This document shows, piece by piece, positions 6,899 through 16,223 of a stretch of 32,000 nucleotides of DNA. Numbering within the stretch: position 1 is the first letter of the stretch; every line of letters starts with the position of its first letter. The notes beneath the pieces are model-generated. The model did not search any database. It was given only the letters and a program-made list of their open reading frames with translations, and was not told where the DNA came from. The stretch comes from Candidatus Saccharimonadota bacterium. GTDB lineage: Bacteria; Bacteroidota; Bacteroidia; Flavobacteriales; Blattabacteriaceae. The position numbers and the translations under genes were made by a program. Location of the stretch: positions 508,038 to 540,037 of the forward strand of contig NZ_CP059216.1 in NCBI RefSeq assembly GCF_014252315.1, given 5' to 3'.

Positions 6899-8986
6899 TT
6901 ATTTATAACATTCTATATTAGATTTTTCTAATAAAACGTTTTCTAATTTTTCTAATATATTTTTTCTTAAGTCACTATTTGAATTATTAATTTCTGATTC
7001 AAGATTAGAACAATATAATTTATTATTGTCAATAAATCTTTTTTTAACTTTTATAAAAAAAATACCTTTTCTTCCTAATATTGGATTAGATATTTTATCT
7101 AATTTTAAAGAAAAAGCAGATCCAATTACTTTAGGTTCATTTTTATTATCTAAAAAAGAATCATAAAAATTTACTTTACGTGATTTATTTACTTTTTTTA
7201 AAAAATAACTTGATATTTTTTTCATATTTTTGTTATGAAATTTTTTATATAAAATATTATAAATTTTATTTTTCATTAAAAATGTGATTAATTTATTCAT
7301 TTTATAACTATTAATTTCATTTTTTTTAATATTTGATAAATAAACTAAAATATAATCTTTATTTATATTTTTAAATATTTTTGTATCTCCTTTTTTTCTT
7401 TTTTTTTCAAAAGTCCAATTAATAATTTTTTTATTTAATTCATAATTAAATCCTTCTATATCAAACCATTTATTATCTTTAACATCTTTTATAAGTAAAG
7501 TTTCAAAATTATTTTTTTTTGCATTTCTTATTAACTTATCCAAATTATAATTTTTATTTTTCATGTAAAATGAAACCATTTTTTTATAAATATCATTTTT
7601 TGTTTTTATTGATGGATTTAAAGTTTTTATTATTACACCAAATTGATATGCGTTCTTAATATTTTTTTTACTATCTATTTTTACAATATGATAACCAAAT
7701 TCAGTATTAATTAATCCTATAGTTCCAGTTTTATTTTTGTTAGAAAAAATATCAAAGTTTCCTATAAAATCATTTCCATTATATTTAATCCACCCTAAAT
7801 TACCTTTTTTTTTATTACTTAAATCATCTGATTTTTTTAAAAAAAAATTAAATTTTTTAGGATTTTTTAATAATTTACTATATATATCTTTAGAAATTTT
7901 TATAGCATCTTCTTTTTTCCTTTTGTTTAAAGAATGAATTGCTTTGTTATGAGAAATAAGAATATGACTAATCAAGACATAATCGAAAATTATTTTCTTA
8001 CCGGTTAATTTTGCAACTATATAAAGATTTCCTATTTTTAGTGGACCAAACATTGATCCAATTTTATTTTTTTTTTCTAAAAAATATTTTAAAATTGATG
8101 GAAGATTATCTTTAGTATAAAATTTATAATCAAAAGGTTTTTCAGATGTATTAGAAAAAAAATCAGAATATTTGTTAATATATTTCAATCTATTGAATAA
8201 TAGATTCATATTGCTATTCATTTTTTGATCATCTTCTGATGAAGGAGTAGAACGTAATATAATAAAATTTAAATCTCTTAAATTTTCTTTTTTAAATAAA
8301 AATAAATTTTTGTTAATATAATTATGAATATCATTTTTTGATACACTTACATTATATTTTTTTTTTATTTCTGAATATGGAATATAAATATAATCAATAA
8401 TGGAAAAAGATTTTTTATTATTACAATTTATTTTTACTTCTTTTTCAGATATATTTAATCCATACATTAACATTTCTATATATTTTTTAGCAAAAATTTT
8501 ATTTTTTATTCTATTTTCTTCATAAGTCCAAATATTTTTTTCTTTTTCTATTTTTTCAAATATATTATTAGGATATTTATATAAACTATTTATATAAAAT
8601 TTAAATTTTTCTAAGTCTAATTTTCCATTTTCATTTTGAAAATCATCTATATTACTGTATATAGACTGTGTTTCCATTGTTTTCCAAAAATCTTTTTCTG
8701 TACTATCAATCCCTATTTTTTTAGCTTGTTGATTCAATAATTTTTCGTTAACTAATATTTTCCAAGCATTATTTTCCGAATATCCCCTAAATTTTTTTAG
8801 AAATATAATACAATTTTCATAATCTTTTTTATAAATATTATCTCCATTAACTTTTCCAATCAATTCAGAATCATTTTTAAAAAATTTTGTAATAAAATTT
8901 GGATCTAATATGAAAAATATTAATGAAATTCCTATAATAAAAAATATTAACCATGTATTTTTTCTTATTTTATTCAAAAAACTCAT
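6899..8986 (-). CDS. ppiD: Periplasmic peptidyl-prolyl cis-trans isomerase / chaperone (PpiD/SurA-like, parvulin domain)
   Basis: 695 aa. N-terminal membrane anchor (WLIFFIIGISLIFFIL), long chaperone region, and a parvulin domain (SHILISH ... GNLGWI ... FGYHIVKI). Confidence 0.8.
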   Translation of the reverse strand: MSFLNKIRKNTWLIFFIIGISLIFFILDPNFITKFFKNDSELIGKVNGDNIYKKDYENCIIFLKKFRGYSENNAWKILVNEKLLNQQAKKIGIDSTEKDFWKTMETQSIYSNIDDFQNENGKLDLEKFKFYINSLYKYPNNIFEKIEKEKNIWTYEENRIKNKIFAKKYIEMLMYGLNISEKEVKINCNNKKSFSIIDYIYIPYSEIKKKYNVSVSKNDIHNYINKNLFLFKKENLRDLNFIILRSTPSSEDDQKMNSNMNLLFNRLKYINKYSDFFSNTSEKPFDYKFYTKDNLPSILKYFLEKKNKIGSMFGPLKIGNLYIVAKLTGKKIIFDYVLISHILISHNKAIHSLNKRKKEDAIKISKDIYSKLLKNPKKFNFFLKKSDDLSNKKKGNLGWIKYNGNDFIGNFDIFSNKNKTGTIGLINTEFGYHIVKIDSKKNIKNAYQFGVIIKTLNPSIKTKNDIYKKMVSFYMKNKNYNLDKLIRNAKKNNFETLLIKDVKDNKWFDIEGFNYELNKKIINWTFEKKRKKGDTKIFKNINKDYILVYLSNIKKNEINSYKMNKLITFLMKNKIYNILYKKFHNKNMKKISSYFLKKVNKSRKVNFYDSFLDNKNEPKVIGSAFSLKLDKISNPILGRKGIFFIKVKKRFIDNNKLYCSNLESEINNSNSDLRKNILEKLENVLLEKSNIECYK

Positions 8987-8987
8987 A

Positions 8988-10256
8988 TCATAATTTTTTT
9001 TCTAAAAAAATTTCTTCTATTTTATTTCTAGATACTTTTTTTATTTCAAGATAAAAATGTTCGTTAAGAATAATTCTTTCTCCACTGCTTGGGATATTAC
9101 ATGTATTAGTGACAATCCATCCGCCTAAAGTTTCATATTTTTCTGATTTTGGAATTCCTAAATTATATTTAGAATTTATAAAATCTATCTCTAATCTAGC
9201 AGAAAATAAAAATTCATTGTTATTTATTTTTTTTTCTAATAAATAAAGTTCATCATGCTCATCTTTAATATCTCCTAAAAATTCTTCTAAAATATCTTCT
9301 ATAGTAATCATTCCAGCTGTTCCTCCATATTCATCTAATACTATAGCTATACTTATTTTTTTTCTTATTAAAATATCCATTATTTCTCTAACAAAAGTAT
9401 TTACATATACTAATTCTACAGATCTAATAATAGATTTATCTATTAATTTAGGTTTTTTTAAAAATTCCATGTAATGAATATATCCTATAATATTATCTAT
9501 ATTATTTTTATAAATAATAATTTTAGATAATCCACTTTTTGTAAACATATTTCTTACATCATCTATATATGATTCTATAATATTACATGATATAATCTCT
9601 TTTCTAGGGACCATACATTCTCTAGCTTTTTTTTCAGAAAAATTTAAAGCTTTATGAAAAATATCAATTTTAGATTCTACAAAAATTTTTTTATTAAAAT
9701 TTTTTTTTACATTTTTAGATAAAAAATGTATTAAATCATCTTTATCAAAAATTTTTTTTTTACAATTTTCTTCTTCTCCAAAAATTTTTAAAAATAAATT
9801 AGAAATACATATAACAAAATTTGTAATAGGAGAAAAAATTGTACATATAATATATATTGGAATAATAAATAATTTTAATAATTCATTTGAATATATACTA
9901 AATATTATTTTGGGAATAAACTCTCCAATTATTAAAATAATAATAGTTGAAAATATTGTTTCTAGTAAAAAAATCCATATAGAATTATTCAATAAATATT
10001 TAGGTAAAATAATAAAAAAAATCTTCCCCATATAAATACTATATATTACTAATGATATTGTATTTCCAATCAACATTGTTGTAATAAATTTTTTATAATC
10101 TCTAATACTTTTAGAAAGAATTTTATAACGAAAAGAATTATTTTTTTCTTCTAATTCTATTTGAAATAAATTACAAGAAATTAATGCCATTTCCATTCCA
10201 GAAAAAAAAGCAGAAATAAGTATAGTAATAAAAACTACACTGATATGAAAAACCAT
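8988..10256 (-). CDS. DUF21/CNNM-CBS pair-CorC_HlyC family membrane transporter ('hemolysin'/GldE-like)
   Basis: 422 aa. N-terminal four-TM DUF21 domain, tandem CBS region (ECMVPRKEI..., IAIVLDEYGGTAGMITIEDILEEFLGDIKDEHD) and a C-terminal CorC/HlyC domain. Stop lies 1 nt before the ppiD-like start. Confidence 0.85.
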   Translation of the reverse strand: MVFHISVVFITILISAFFSGMEMALISCNLFQIELEEKNNSFRYKILSKSIRDYKKFITTMLIGNTISLVIYSIYMGKIFFIILPKYLLNNSIWIFLLETIFSTIIILIIGEFIPKIIFSIYSNELLKLFIIPIYIICTIFSPITNFVICISNLFLKIFGEEENCKKKIFDKDDLIHFLSKNVKKNFNKKIFVESKIDIFHKALNFSEKKARECMVPRKEIISCNIIESYIDDVRNMFTKSGLSKIIIYKNNIDNIIGYIHYMEFLKKPKLIDKSIIRSVELVYVNTFVREIMDILIRKKISIAIVLDEYGGTAGMITIEDILEEFLGDIKDEHDELYLLEKKINNNEFLFSARLEIDFINSKYNLGIPKSEKYETLGGWIVTNTCNIPSSGERIILNEHFYLEIKKVSRNKIEEIFLEKKL

Positions 10257-10267
10257 ATTTATTTATA

Positions 10268-10777
10268 TTAATAAAGAATCAATTTTTTATTAATATTTAA
10301 TTTTTTTAAATTGTCTTTGATTTCTATTCCTTTTTTTATTACATATAAAATATTTCCATGTAAATTATATATAATTGTCTTTTTTTCATTGAAAAATAAC
10401 TTTTTTTTTCTATTCCAAAAAATTTCTTCTGTATTTATAATATATCCTTTATAACTAAAAATAGTTACATTTCCTTTAATATAATAAAATAAGTCTTTAA
10501 CTCCTACCATATAATCAGCTTTTATACATCCATATTTTTTGTTATTATAAAGAAATAAATATACACCATTTGGATATACGTTATAAAATTCATATTCTTT
10601 AACAAATGGTGATTTTATAATGTATTTTACAATACCTTTTTCTTTTAAAATAAAATTATAATTGAAAAAAATTTTTTTTGGAATATTATATTTTTCTGAT
10701 TTTTTTAAATAAACATTTTTTTTATTACAAGAATATCCAAATAAAATAAAAAAAAATATAATAATTAATTTATTCAA
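10268..10777 (-). CDS. lptC: LptC-like (OstA-fold) lipoprotein; start re-assigned to TTG 10777
   Basis: The 212-aa track ORF (10268..10906) has its first ~25 codons antisense to tRNA-Phe. An in-frame TTG at 10777-10775 gives MNKLIIIFFFILFGYSC..., a signal peptide plus lipobox Cys. The C-terminal pattern GNVTIF...INTEEIFWNRKKKLFFNEKKTIIYN...GIEI resembles the LptC beta-jellyroll family. The start codon is uncertain. Confidence 0.55.
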   Translation of the reverse strand: MNKLIIIFFFILFGYSCNKKNVYLKKSEKYNIPKKIFFNYNFILKEKGIVKYIIKSPFVKEYEFYNVYPNGVYLFLYNNKKYGCIKADYMVGVKDLFYYIKGNVTIFSYKGYIINTEEIFWNRKKKLFFNEKKTIIYNLHGNILYVIKKGIEIKDNLKKLNINKKLILY

Positions 10778-10800
10778 TTTATTACTTATTATTTTTATTG

Positions 10801-10808
10801 TAATTTTG
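10801..10808 (+). promoter_or_regulatory. Candidate -7 promoter box (TAATTTTG) for tRNA-Phe
   Basis: Exact TAnnTTTG match 22 nt upstream of the mature tRNA 5' end, in the 53-bp gap between the lptC-like start and the tRNA. Confidence 0.35.
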
Positions 10809-10830
10809 TTTAATTTATAAAATAATAAAA

Positions 10831-10903
10831 GGTATCTTAGCTCAGTTGGTAGAGCAAAGGACTGAAAATCCTTGTGTCCCCGGTTCAATTCCGGGAGATA
10901 CCA
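10831..10903 (+). tRNA. tRNA-Phe (anticodon GAA)
   Basis: GGTATCT TA GCTC AGTTGGT AGAGC A AAGGA CTGAAAA TCCTT GTGTC CCCGG TTCAATT CCGGG AGATACC A. This folds into a complete cloverleaf with a 7-bp acceptor stem, GAA anticodon in a 7-nt loop, TTCAATT T-loop and discriminator A. No encoded CCA. It is the most GC-rich segment in the region. Confidence 0.95.
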
Positions 10904-10913
10904 CATTGTTTAA

Positions 10914-13502
10914 TTAATTATTTTTTGTTATAAAAAAATTACTTTTCCACTTAGTTGATTCTAAAAAATTTTTATTTTCCATATAATCTATAGGATAAGA
11001 TAAATCTAATCCAAATAATCCTATTGGTTTACAAAAAAAACGAAATCCAAATCCTATAGTTTTATTTATTTTTTTAGAAATTAAAGATTTATAAGAATTA
11101 CCAATATTTCCACCTTCTATAAAAGTAGTAAACCAAGACTTAATTCTGTTATTATATGATTTATTAATTAGATATCTTATTTCCATAAAAATTTTTTTAT
11201 AAGTAGTTCCACCATATTTTGACATTTTATATGTAGAAAAATTATCTGAAAATGAATATCCTTTTAATGGAATATGATTTTCTGATTTTTTTTCATATCC
11301 TCCCATACGAAACCTATGTACTGGAGGTATTTTTTTCATAAAAGATTCATCTGTATTATCATTAAATAAACCTATGTGCCCCATTTCTCCTCCTAAATTC
11401 ATAACCAAGTTTCTATAAATTTTTTTATACCAATTTCCTGATAATTTAAATTTAAAATAGTTCATAACTATAGTTTTTTTTTCTTTAGGAATAATTTTTG
11501 TAATTGAAAAATTACTTGAATTCAATTCTTTTTTATTTTTTTCATAAATATTTCCTATAATATTATACGGAAAGCTAGACATAATCTCTAAATTAAAAAT
11601 AGATCCTTTAAATGGAAAGGATTCTTTATTTGTTAAATTTCTATTGATAGAAAATAAATAATATAAATTCTTAAAATTAAAAATTCCTTTTTTACCATAT
11701 ATAGAACGATCAGTATCTTTAGGTGTAACAATTTTTTCTCTATTTATAGAAGTTACTACTTTTAAATTAGGATAAACAGAAATTTCTTTTTTTAATTCTA
11801 ATGAATTTTTAATTTTTTTTAATAAAAATTCATCATTTTTATTAATTAAATAATTATCATCAAATGGATGATTATCATTATTAAATAATTTTTTTATAGA
11901 AAAATCATTTTCAATCTTTAATGATGTTGAATCATTTATATATATCCAAGGTTTTACAAGTGAAACACCAATAGATTTAAAATCTTTTTCAAGATTACTA
12001 AAAATTATTAATTTATCACCATCACCTTGAGGAATAGGATCCCAAGATTTATATCTTGGAATATTTTTAATAGACAAATTATTAAAAATCATTTTTAAAT
12101 TACCATAAAATTTTTTAATATTATATCCATTAAATCCTCCGCTAATCTGAAAATCGTTATTATTTTTTTCTTTTACATTCCATTCTATATCTATATAATT
12201 ATTATCATTTGAATCTATAATTATTTTAAAAAATATTTTTTCAAAAAGAAATAATTTTTCTATATTATGCATACTTTCTTTAATTTTTTCTATAGAAAAT
12301 AATTCTCCTGTATGGATTTTTAATACTCTTTTAATTACATAATCTTTAGTTATATTATTCCCAACAATTTTTATATTTTTTATGTAAACAGGTAATTTTT
12401 CTTTTATTATTATTTTTAAATTTATTTTATTATTTTCTTTTATAACTTCTTCTATAGGAACAATAGACACAAAAATATGACCTAAATTTAGGTAATGATT
12501 AAATATACTATGATAAGATGGATCTACTATATTTTTTTGTATTTTAATTACATTATAAATATCTTCTTTATTATAAGAAAATATTTTTTTCAAATCTTTA
12601 TCTTTAACATATGAATTTCCTATAAATTTAACATCTCCTAAATAATATTTTTTCCCTTCAATTATTCTTATTTTTATCCCATAATTACCAGATTTTTTTT
12701 TCCAAACATAATCCAAAAATACTTTAGCAAATCTAAATCCTAAAGATTGATATTTTTTCTTTATTTTTTCTAAATTTTTATCAATACTATCACGAATGAA
12801 TAATCGAATAGGTTTTTCAATTATTGTTGATATTAAAAATAATTTATCATTTTTTAATAAACTAAATAAATCTTTATCATTAATAATATTATTTCCTTCA
12901 AAAATAAATTCTTCTATTTCTATTTTTTTTCCTTTATTAATAAGAAAATGTAATATAAATTTTCCTTTTTCATTATTTATTTTACTATCAATTTTTACTT
13001 CATTAAAACCTTTTTTTTTATAAAAATTTTTAATTTCATTTTTAATATCCTGAATATTAAATTCAGAAATTATATCTCCATATTTATCTTTTATAAATGA
13101 TGATAACTGTTTATCTATTATAATATTACCATATTCTTCTTCTTCTATACATATTTCATGTATTTCCATCAAATCTTCCAATTTTATAAATAAATCAATT
13201 ACATTTTTATATTTTACTTTTTTGTAAACAGATATATTTTTAAACAAATTACTTTTCCATAATCTATTAACAACATTATTAATTTTTATTTCATAGTAAT
13301 CTATTGATTCTCCAACATTAATTTTAGATATATTTAATATAAAATTTTTATCATATTTAGTATTTCCTATTATATAAATGTTGTTTATAATCATATCATG
13401 ATTATCTTGATTATTTACTGTATTTTTATAATTTTTAGAATGCGAATAATTCAATGATATTAAAACGCAAAAAATGTAATACAAAAAGAAATTTTTTTTC
13501 AT
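10914..13502 (-). CDS. bamA: Outer membrane protein assembly factor BamA (Omp85 family)
   Basis: 862 aa. Signal peptide, repeated POTRA-like modules (e.g. INNIYIIGNTKYDKNFILN..., IEEFIFEGNNIINDKDL..., LGDVKFIGNSYVKDKDL..., IKNIKIVGNNITKDYVI...) and a C-terminal beta-barrel ending in an aromatic-rich segment. Sits immediately downstream of uppS, as is typical in Bacteroidetes. Confidence 0.9.
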   Translation of the reverse strand: MKKNFFLYYIFCVLISLNYSHSKNYKNTVNNQDNHDMIINNIYIIGNTKYDKNFILNISKINVGESIDYYEIKINNVVNRLWKSNLFKNISVYKKVKYKNVIDLFIKLEDLMEIHEICIEEEEYGNIIIDKQLSSFIKDKYGDIISEFNIQDIKNEIKNFYKKKGFNEVKIDSKINNEKGKFILHFLINKGKKIEIEEFIFEGNNIINDKDLFSLLKNDKLFLISTIIEKPIRLFIRDSIDKNLEKIKKKYQSLGFRFAKVFLDYVWKKKSGNYGIKIRIIEGKKYYLGDVKFIGNSYVKDKDLKKIFSYNKEDIYNVIKIQKNIVDPSYHSIFNHYLNLGHIFVSIVPIEEVIKENNKINLKIIIKEKLPVYIKNIKIVGNNITKDYVIKRVLKIHTGELFSIEKIKESMHNIEKLFLFEKIFFKIIIDSNDNNYIDIEWNVKEKNNNDFQISGGFNGYNIKKFYGNLKMIFNNLSIKNIPRYKSWDPIPQGDGDKLIIFSNLEKDFKSIGVSLVKPWIYINDSTSLKIENDFSIKKLFNNDNHPFDDNYLINKNDEFLLKKIKNSLELKKEISVYPNLKVVTSINREKIVTPKDTDRSIYGKKGIFNFKNLYYLFSINRNLTNKESFPFKGSIFNLEIMSSFPYNIIGNIYEKNKKELNSSNFSITKIIPKEKKTIVMNYFKFKLSGNWYKKIYRNLVMNLGGEMGHIGLFNDNTDESFMKKIPPVHRFRMGGYEKKSENHIPLKGYSFSDNFSTYKMSKYGGTTYKKIFMEIRYLINKSYNNRIKSWFTTFIEGGNIGNSYKSLISKKINKTIGFGFRFFCKPIGLFGLDLSYPIDYMENKNFLESTKWKSNFFITKNN

Positions 13503-13527
13503 TAATTAATAGTTAAAAATTTAAATT

Positions 13528-14262
13528 TTATATTTTACCGAAACGACGTTTCCTTTTTTGAAAATTAATTATAGCTTCAAAAAAATCTTTTTTTCTAAAA
13601 TCAGGCCATAATATATCAGTAAAATAAAATTCTGCATAAGCAGATTGCCATAATAAAAAATTACTAATTCTTAATTCTCCACTAGTTCTTATAATAAGAT
13701 CTACATCAGGAATATTTTTAGTATATAAATGATTTTGAAAAAAAGAATAATTAATATCTTTTATAGAATACTTTCCCTTTCCTTTAATAATTTTTTCAGC
13801 AATGTTTTTGGTTGCTCTTAAAATTTCTTCTCTAGCACCATAACTTATAGCTAATATTAAAGTTCCAGATTTATTATGTTTAGTTTTATCCATAAAATAG
13901 ATAAGCTTCTTTTGTATTAATCTAGATAATTTATGAATATCTCCTATAACAAGAATTTTTAATTTCTTTTTATTAACTTCTTCTAAAGAATTATCAAAAT
14001 TTTTATAAAATAAATCCATTAGATTATCTATTTCTTGTTTCGGTCTATTCCAATTTTCATAAGAAAATACATACAAAGTAATATAAGATATACCCAATTC
14101 TTGACATGCATTTAAAGAATCTATTATAGATTGAATCGATTTTTCATATCCAAAAGATCTTAATTTTCCTCTTTTTTTTGCCCAACGTCCATTTCCATCC
14201 ATAATAATGGCAACATGATTAGGTATATTATTATAATCTATTTTTTTTAACAAATTATTCAT
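13528..14262 (-). CDS. uppS: Isoprenyl transferase / undecaprenyl-diphosphate synthase
   Basis: 244 aa. Hallmark cis-prenyltransferase motifs HVAIIMDGNGRWA, NWNRP, DLIIRTSGE.RISNFLLWQ.AYAEF. Confidence 0.95.
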   Translation of the reverse strand: MNNLLKKIDYNNIPNHVAIIMDGNGRWAKKRGKLRSFGYEKSIQSIIDSLNACQELGISYITLYVFSYENWNRPKQEIDNLMDLFYKNFDNSLEEVNKKKLKILVIGDIHKLSRLIQKKLIYFMDKTKHNKSGTLILAISYGAREEILRATKNIAEKIIKGKGKYSIKDINYSFFQNHLYTKNIPDVDLIIRTSGELRISNFLLWQSAYAEFYFTDILWPDFRKKDFFEAIINFQKRKRRFGKI

Positions 14263-14293
14263 AAAAAAAATTATGATTATAAAAATTTATCTG

Positions 14294-14301
14294 CAAATAT
14301 A
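14294..14301 (-). promoter_or_regulatory. Candidate -7 promoter box (TATATTTG on the minus strand) for uppS-bamA
   Basis: Plus-strand CAAATATA in the 64-bp nadK-uppS spacer, 31 nt upstream of the uppS ATG. Confidence 0.35.
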
Positions 14302-14326
14302 TAAATAATTTTTTTTCACAATTTTT

Positions 14327-15208
14327 TCAATTTCTTTTATCTGCACCCCATAAAAGTTTTTCTCTAAGAGTTTTATAATAAGTATTTTTTCCTTCTTGAT
14401 ATATATATATGTAAAAAGGTGCTTTTTTAATATATAATTCATTTTCTTTTATTAATGATATTAATCTTGTATCCATAGATAAAGAATAATATTTTACTCT
14501 ACTATGTACTTTTAAATGAATTTTTTTACAATCAGATATAACTAAAGGACGAGAAAATAAATTATGTGGAGATATAGGAGTAAGAACAAAATTTTTATTT
14601 TCTGGACTAATAATAGGCCCTCCACAACTCAAAGAATAACCGGTAGAACCAGTAGGTGTAGATATTATTAATCCATCAGACCAATAAGATGTTAAAAATT
14701 CATTATCAATGAATACATCAATAGTAATCATAGAAACTGTTTCATTACGAAATATAACTATTTCATTTAATGCAAAATTGAAAAATAAATTTGTATTATT
14801 TATAGAAGTTTCTAACTGTAATAAACTTCTAGGCATTAGATACAATTTTTTACTAAAAATATTATCCATATTTTTAATAAAAACATCTTTACTAAAAGTT
14901 GCTAAAAATCCTAAATTACCAGTATTAACTCCAACTATAGGTATTCCTAAATCTTGTATAAGTGTAATAGCAGATAAAATAGTCCCATCTCCTCCAAAAG
15001 TGAACATAATATCGCAATTTTTTAATTCTTCATATTTGGAAAATACATATAATTTTATTTTATGAAATTCTTTAAAATAAAGTAATTTTTTGAAAAAAGA
15101 TTTTTCTACATAAATATCTATAGAATGATTAAAAACATATATCAAAAATTGATTTATATATATTATATTTTTGTATTCTATTTTTTGTCCATATAGTGCT
15201 ATTTTCAT
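14327..15208 (-). CDS. nadK: NAD(+) kinase
   Basis: 293 aa. GGDGT motif (FTFGGDGTILSA), NTGNLGFL and GSTGYSLS motifs of the PpnK/NadK family. Confidence 0.9.
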   Translation of the reverse strand: MKIALYGQKIEYKNIIYINQFLIYVFNHSIDIYVEKSFFKKLLYFKEFHKIKLYVFSKYEELKNCDIMFTFGGDGTILSAITLIQDLGIPIVGVNTGNLGFLATFSKDVFIKNMDNIFSKKLYLMPRSLLQLETSINNTNLFFNFALNEIVIFRNETVSMITIDVFIDNEFLTSYWSDGLIISTPTGSTGYSLSCGGPIISPENKNFVLTPISPHNLFSRPLVISDCKKIHLKVHSRVKYYSLSMDTRLISLIKENELYIKKAPFYIYIYQEGKNTYYKTLREKLLWGADKRN

Positions 15209-15236
15209 ATTAAAAAATAAAATAATTTTTTTATTA

Positions 15237-15244
15237 TAAATTTG
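15237..15244 (+). promoter_or_regulatory. Candidate -7 promoter box (TAAATTTG) for the GHMP kinase gene
   Basis: Exact TAnnTTTG match in the nadK/GHMP divergent spacer. It lies 24-36 nt upstream of the ATT/ATC/ATA start candidates and 144 nt upstream of the first ATG. Confidence 0.35.
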
Positions 15245-15280
15245 TTTTAATTGACTTAAAAATACTTCATTATCAATAAA

Positions 15281-16204
15281 ATAAAAGAATCAACATTTCC
15301 ATCAAAAATATTATTATTTGGAGAATATAGTATTTTAGAAAACCATATAGGACTTTCTATTCCTAACAACTCTTATAAAGGATCATTAATGTTTAAAAAA
15401 AAACCATTATATGATAGAGATTTAATTGCAAAAAATTCTAATAAAGAAATAAAAAAATATTGCAGATTTATGATGAGTAAAAAACTTTTATACAAAAAAC
15501 TAAATTTATCAAAACTTATTAAAGATTTAAACAATGGAATTTTTTTTAATTCAAATATTCCTCAAAAATATGGATTAGGAAGTTCTGGTGCTTTAATTTC
15601 CTCCATTTATAATAAATATTCAGAAAATAATAAATTATTAGTTAAAAAAAAAAATCTTATTCATTTAAAAAAAATATTTAGCATTATGGAGTCTTTTTTT
15701 CATGGAAAAAGTTCAGGTATAGATCCATTAGTTTGTTATATAAAAAAACCAATACTTGTAAAAAGTATAAATAAATTATCAATTATAAATAATAAAAATA
15801 TACTTCTTAATTTTAAGAAATTTAAAATATTTATAATAGACTCAGAAATTACTAGTGGAACTAAATTAATGTATAAATTTTTTTTTAATAAATTGAAAGA
15901 AAAAAAATTTAAAAAAATTATGAAAGAAGAATTTACAATGTATAATAAAACGTGTATAAAATATTTTTTAAAAGGAGAAGAAGATAAATTAATGGAAAAT
16001 ATTAAAAAAATATCTAATTGGACATTTTATAATTTGACACCAATGATTACAAAAAATATTAAAAATATTTGGAAAAATGGAATAAAAAATAATAATTATT
16101 ATTTAAAATTATGTGGATCTGGAGGTGGTGGTTTTTATATAGGATTTACTAAAAATTATGATTTAATAAAAAATCTAAAAAAAATAAATAAAATTATTTT
16201 ATAA
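15281..16204 (+). CDS. GHMP-family kinase, mevalonate-kinase-like; true start probably a non-ATG codon upstream of the track ORF (15389)
   Basis: GHMP motif II (YGLGSSGALISS) and motif III (KLCGSGGGGF). The in-frame sequence upstream of the first ATG encodes STFPSKILLFGEYSILENHIGLSIP, the conserved GHMP motif I region. The frame is open back to a TAA at 15257-15259 and contains only ATT (15269), ATC (15272) and ATA (15281) as possible starts. The 5' coordinate is approximate. Confidence 0.75.
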   Translation: MKESTFPSKILLFGEYSILENHIGLSIPNNSYKGSLMFKKKPLYDRDLIAKNSNKEIKKYCRFMMSKKLLYKKLNLSKLIKDLNNGIFFNSNIPQKYGLGSSGALISSIYNKYSENNKLLVKKKNLIHLKKIFSIMESFFHGKSSGIDPLVCYIKKPILVKSINKLSIINNKNILLNFKKFKIFIIDSEITSGTKLMYKFFFNKLKEKKFKKIMKEEFTMYNKTCIKYFLKGEEDKLMENIKKISNWTFYNLTPMITKNIKNIWKNGIKNNNYYLKLCGSGGGGFYIGFTKNYDLIKNLKKINKIIL

Positions 16205-16223
16205 AATTTTTATCATATTTAGT

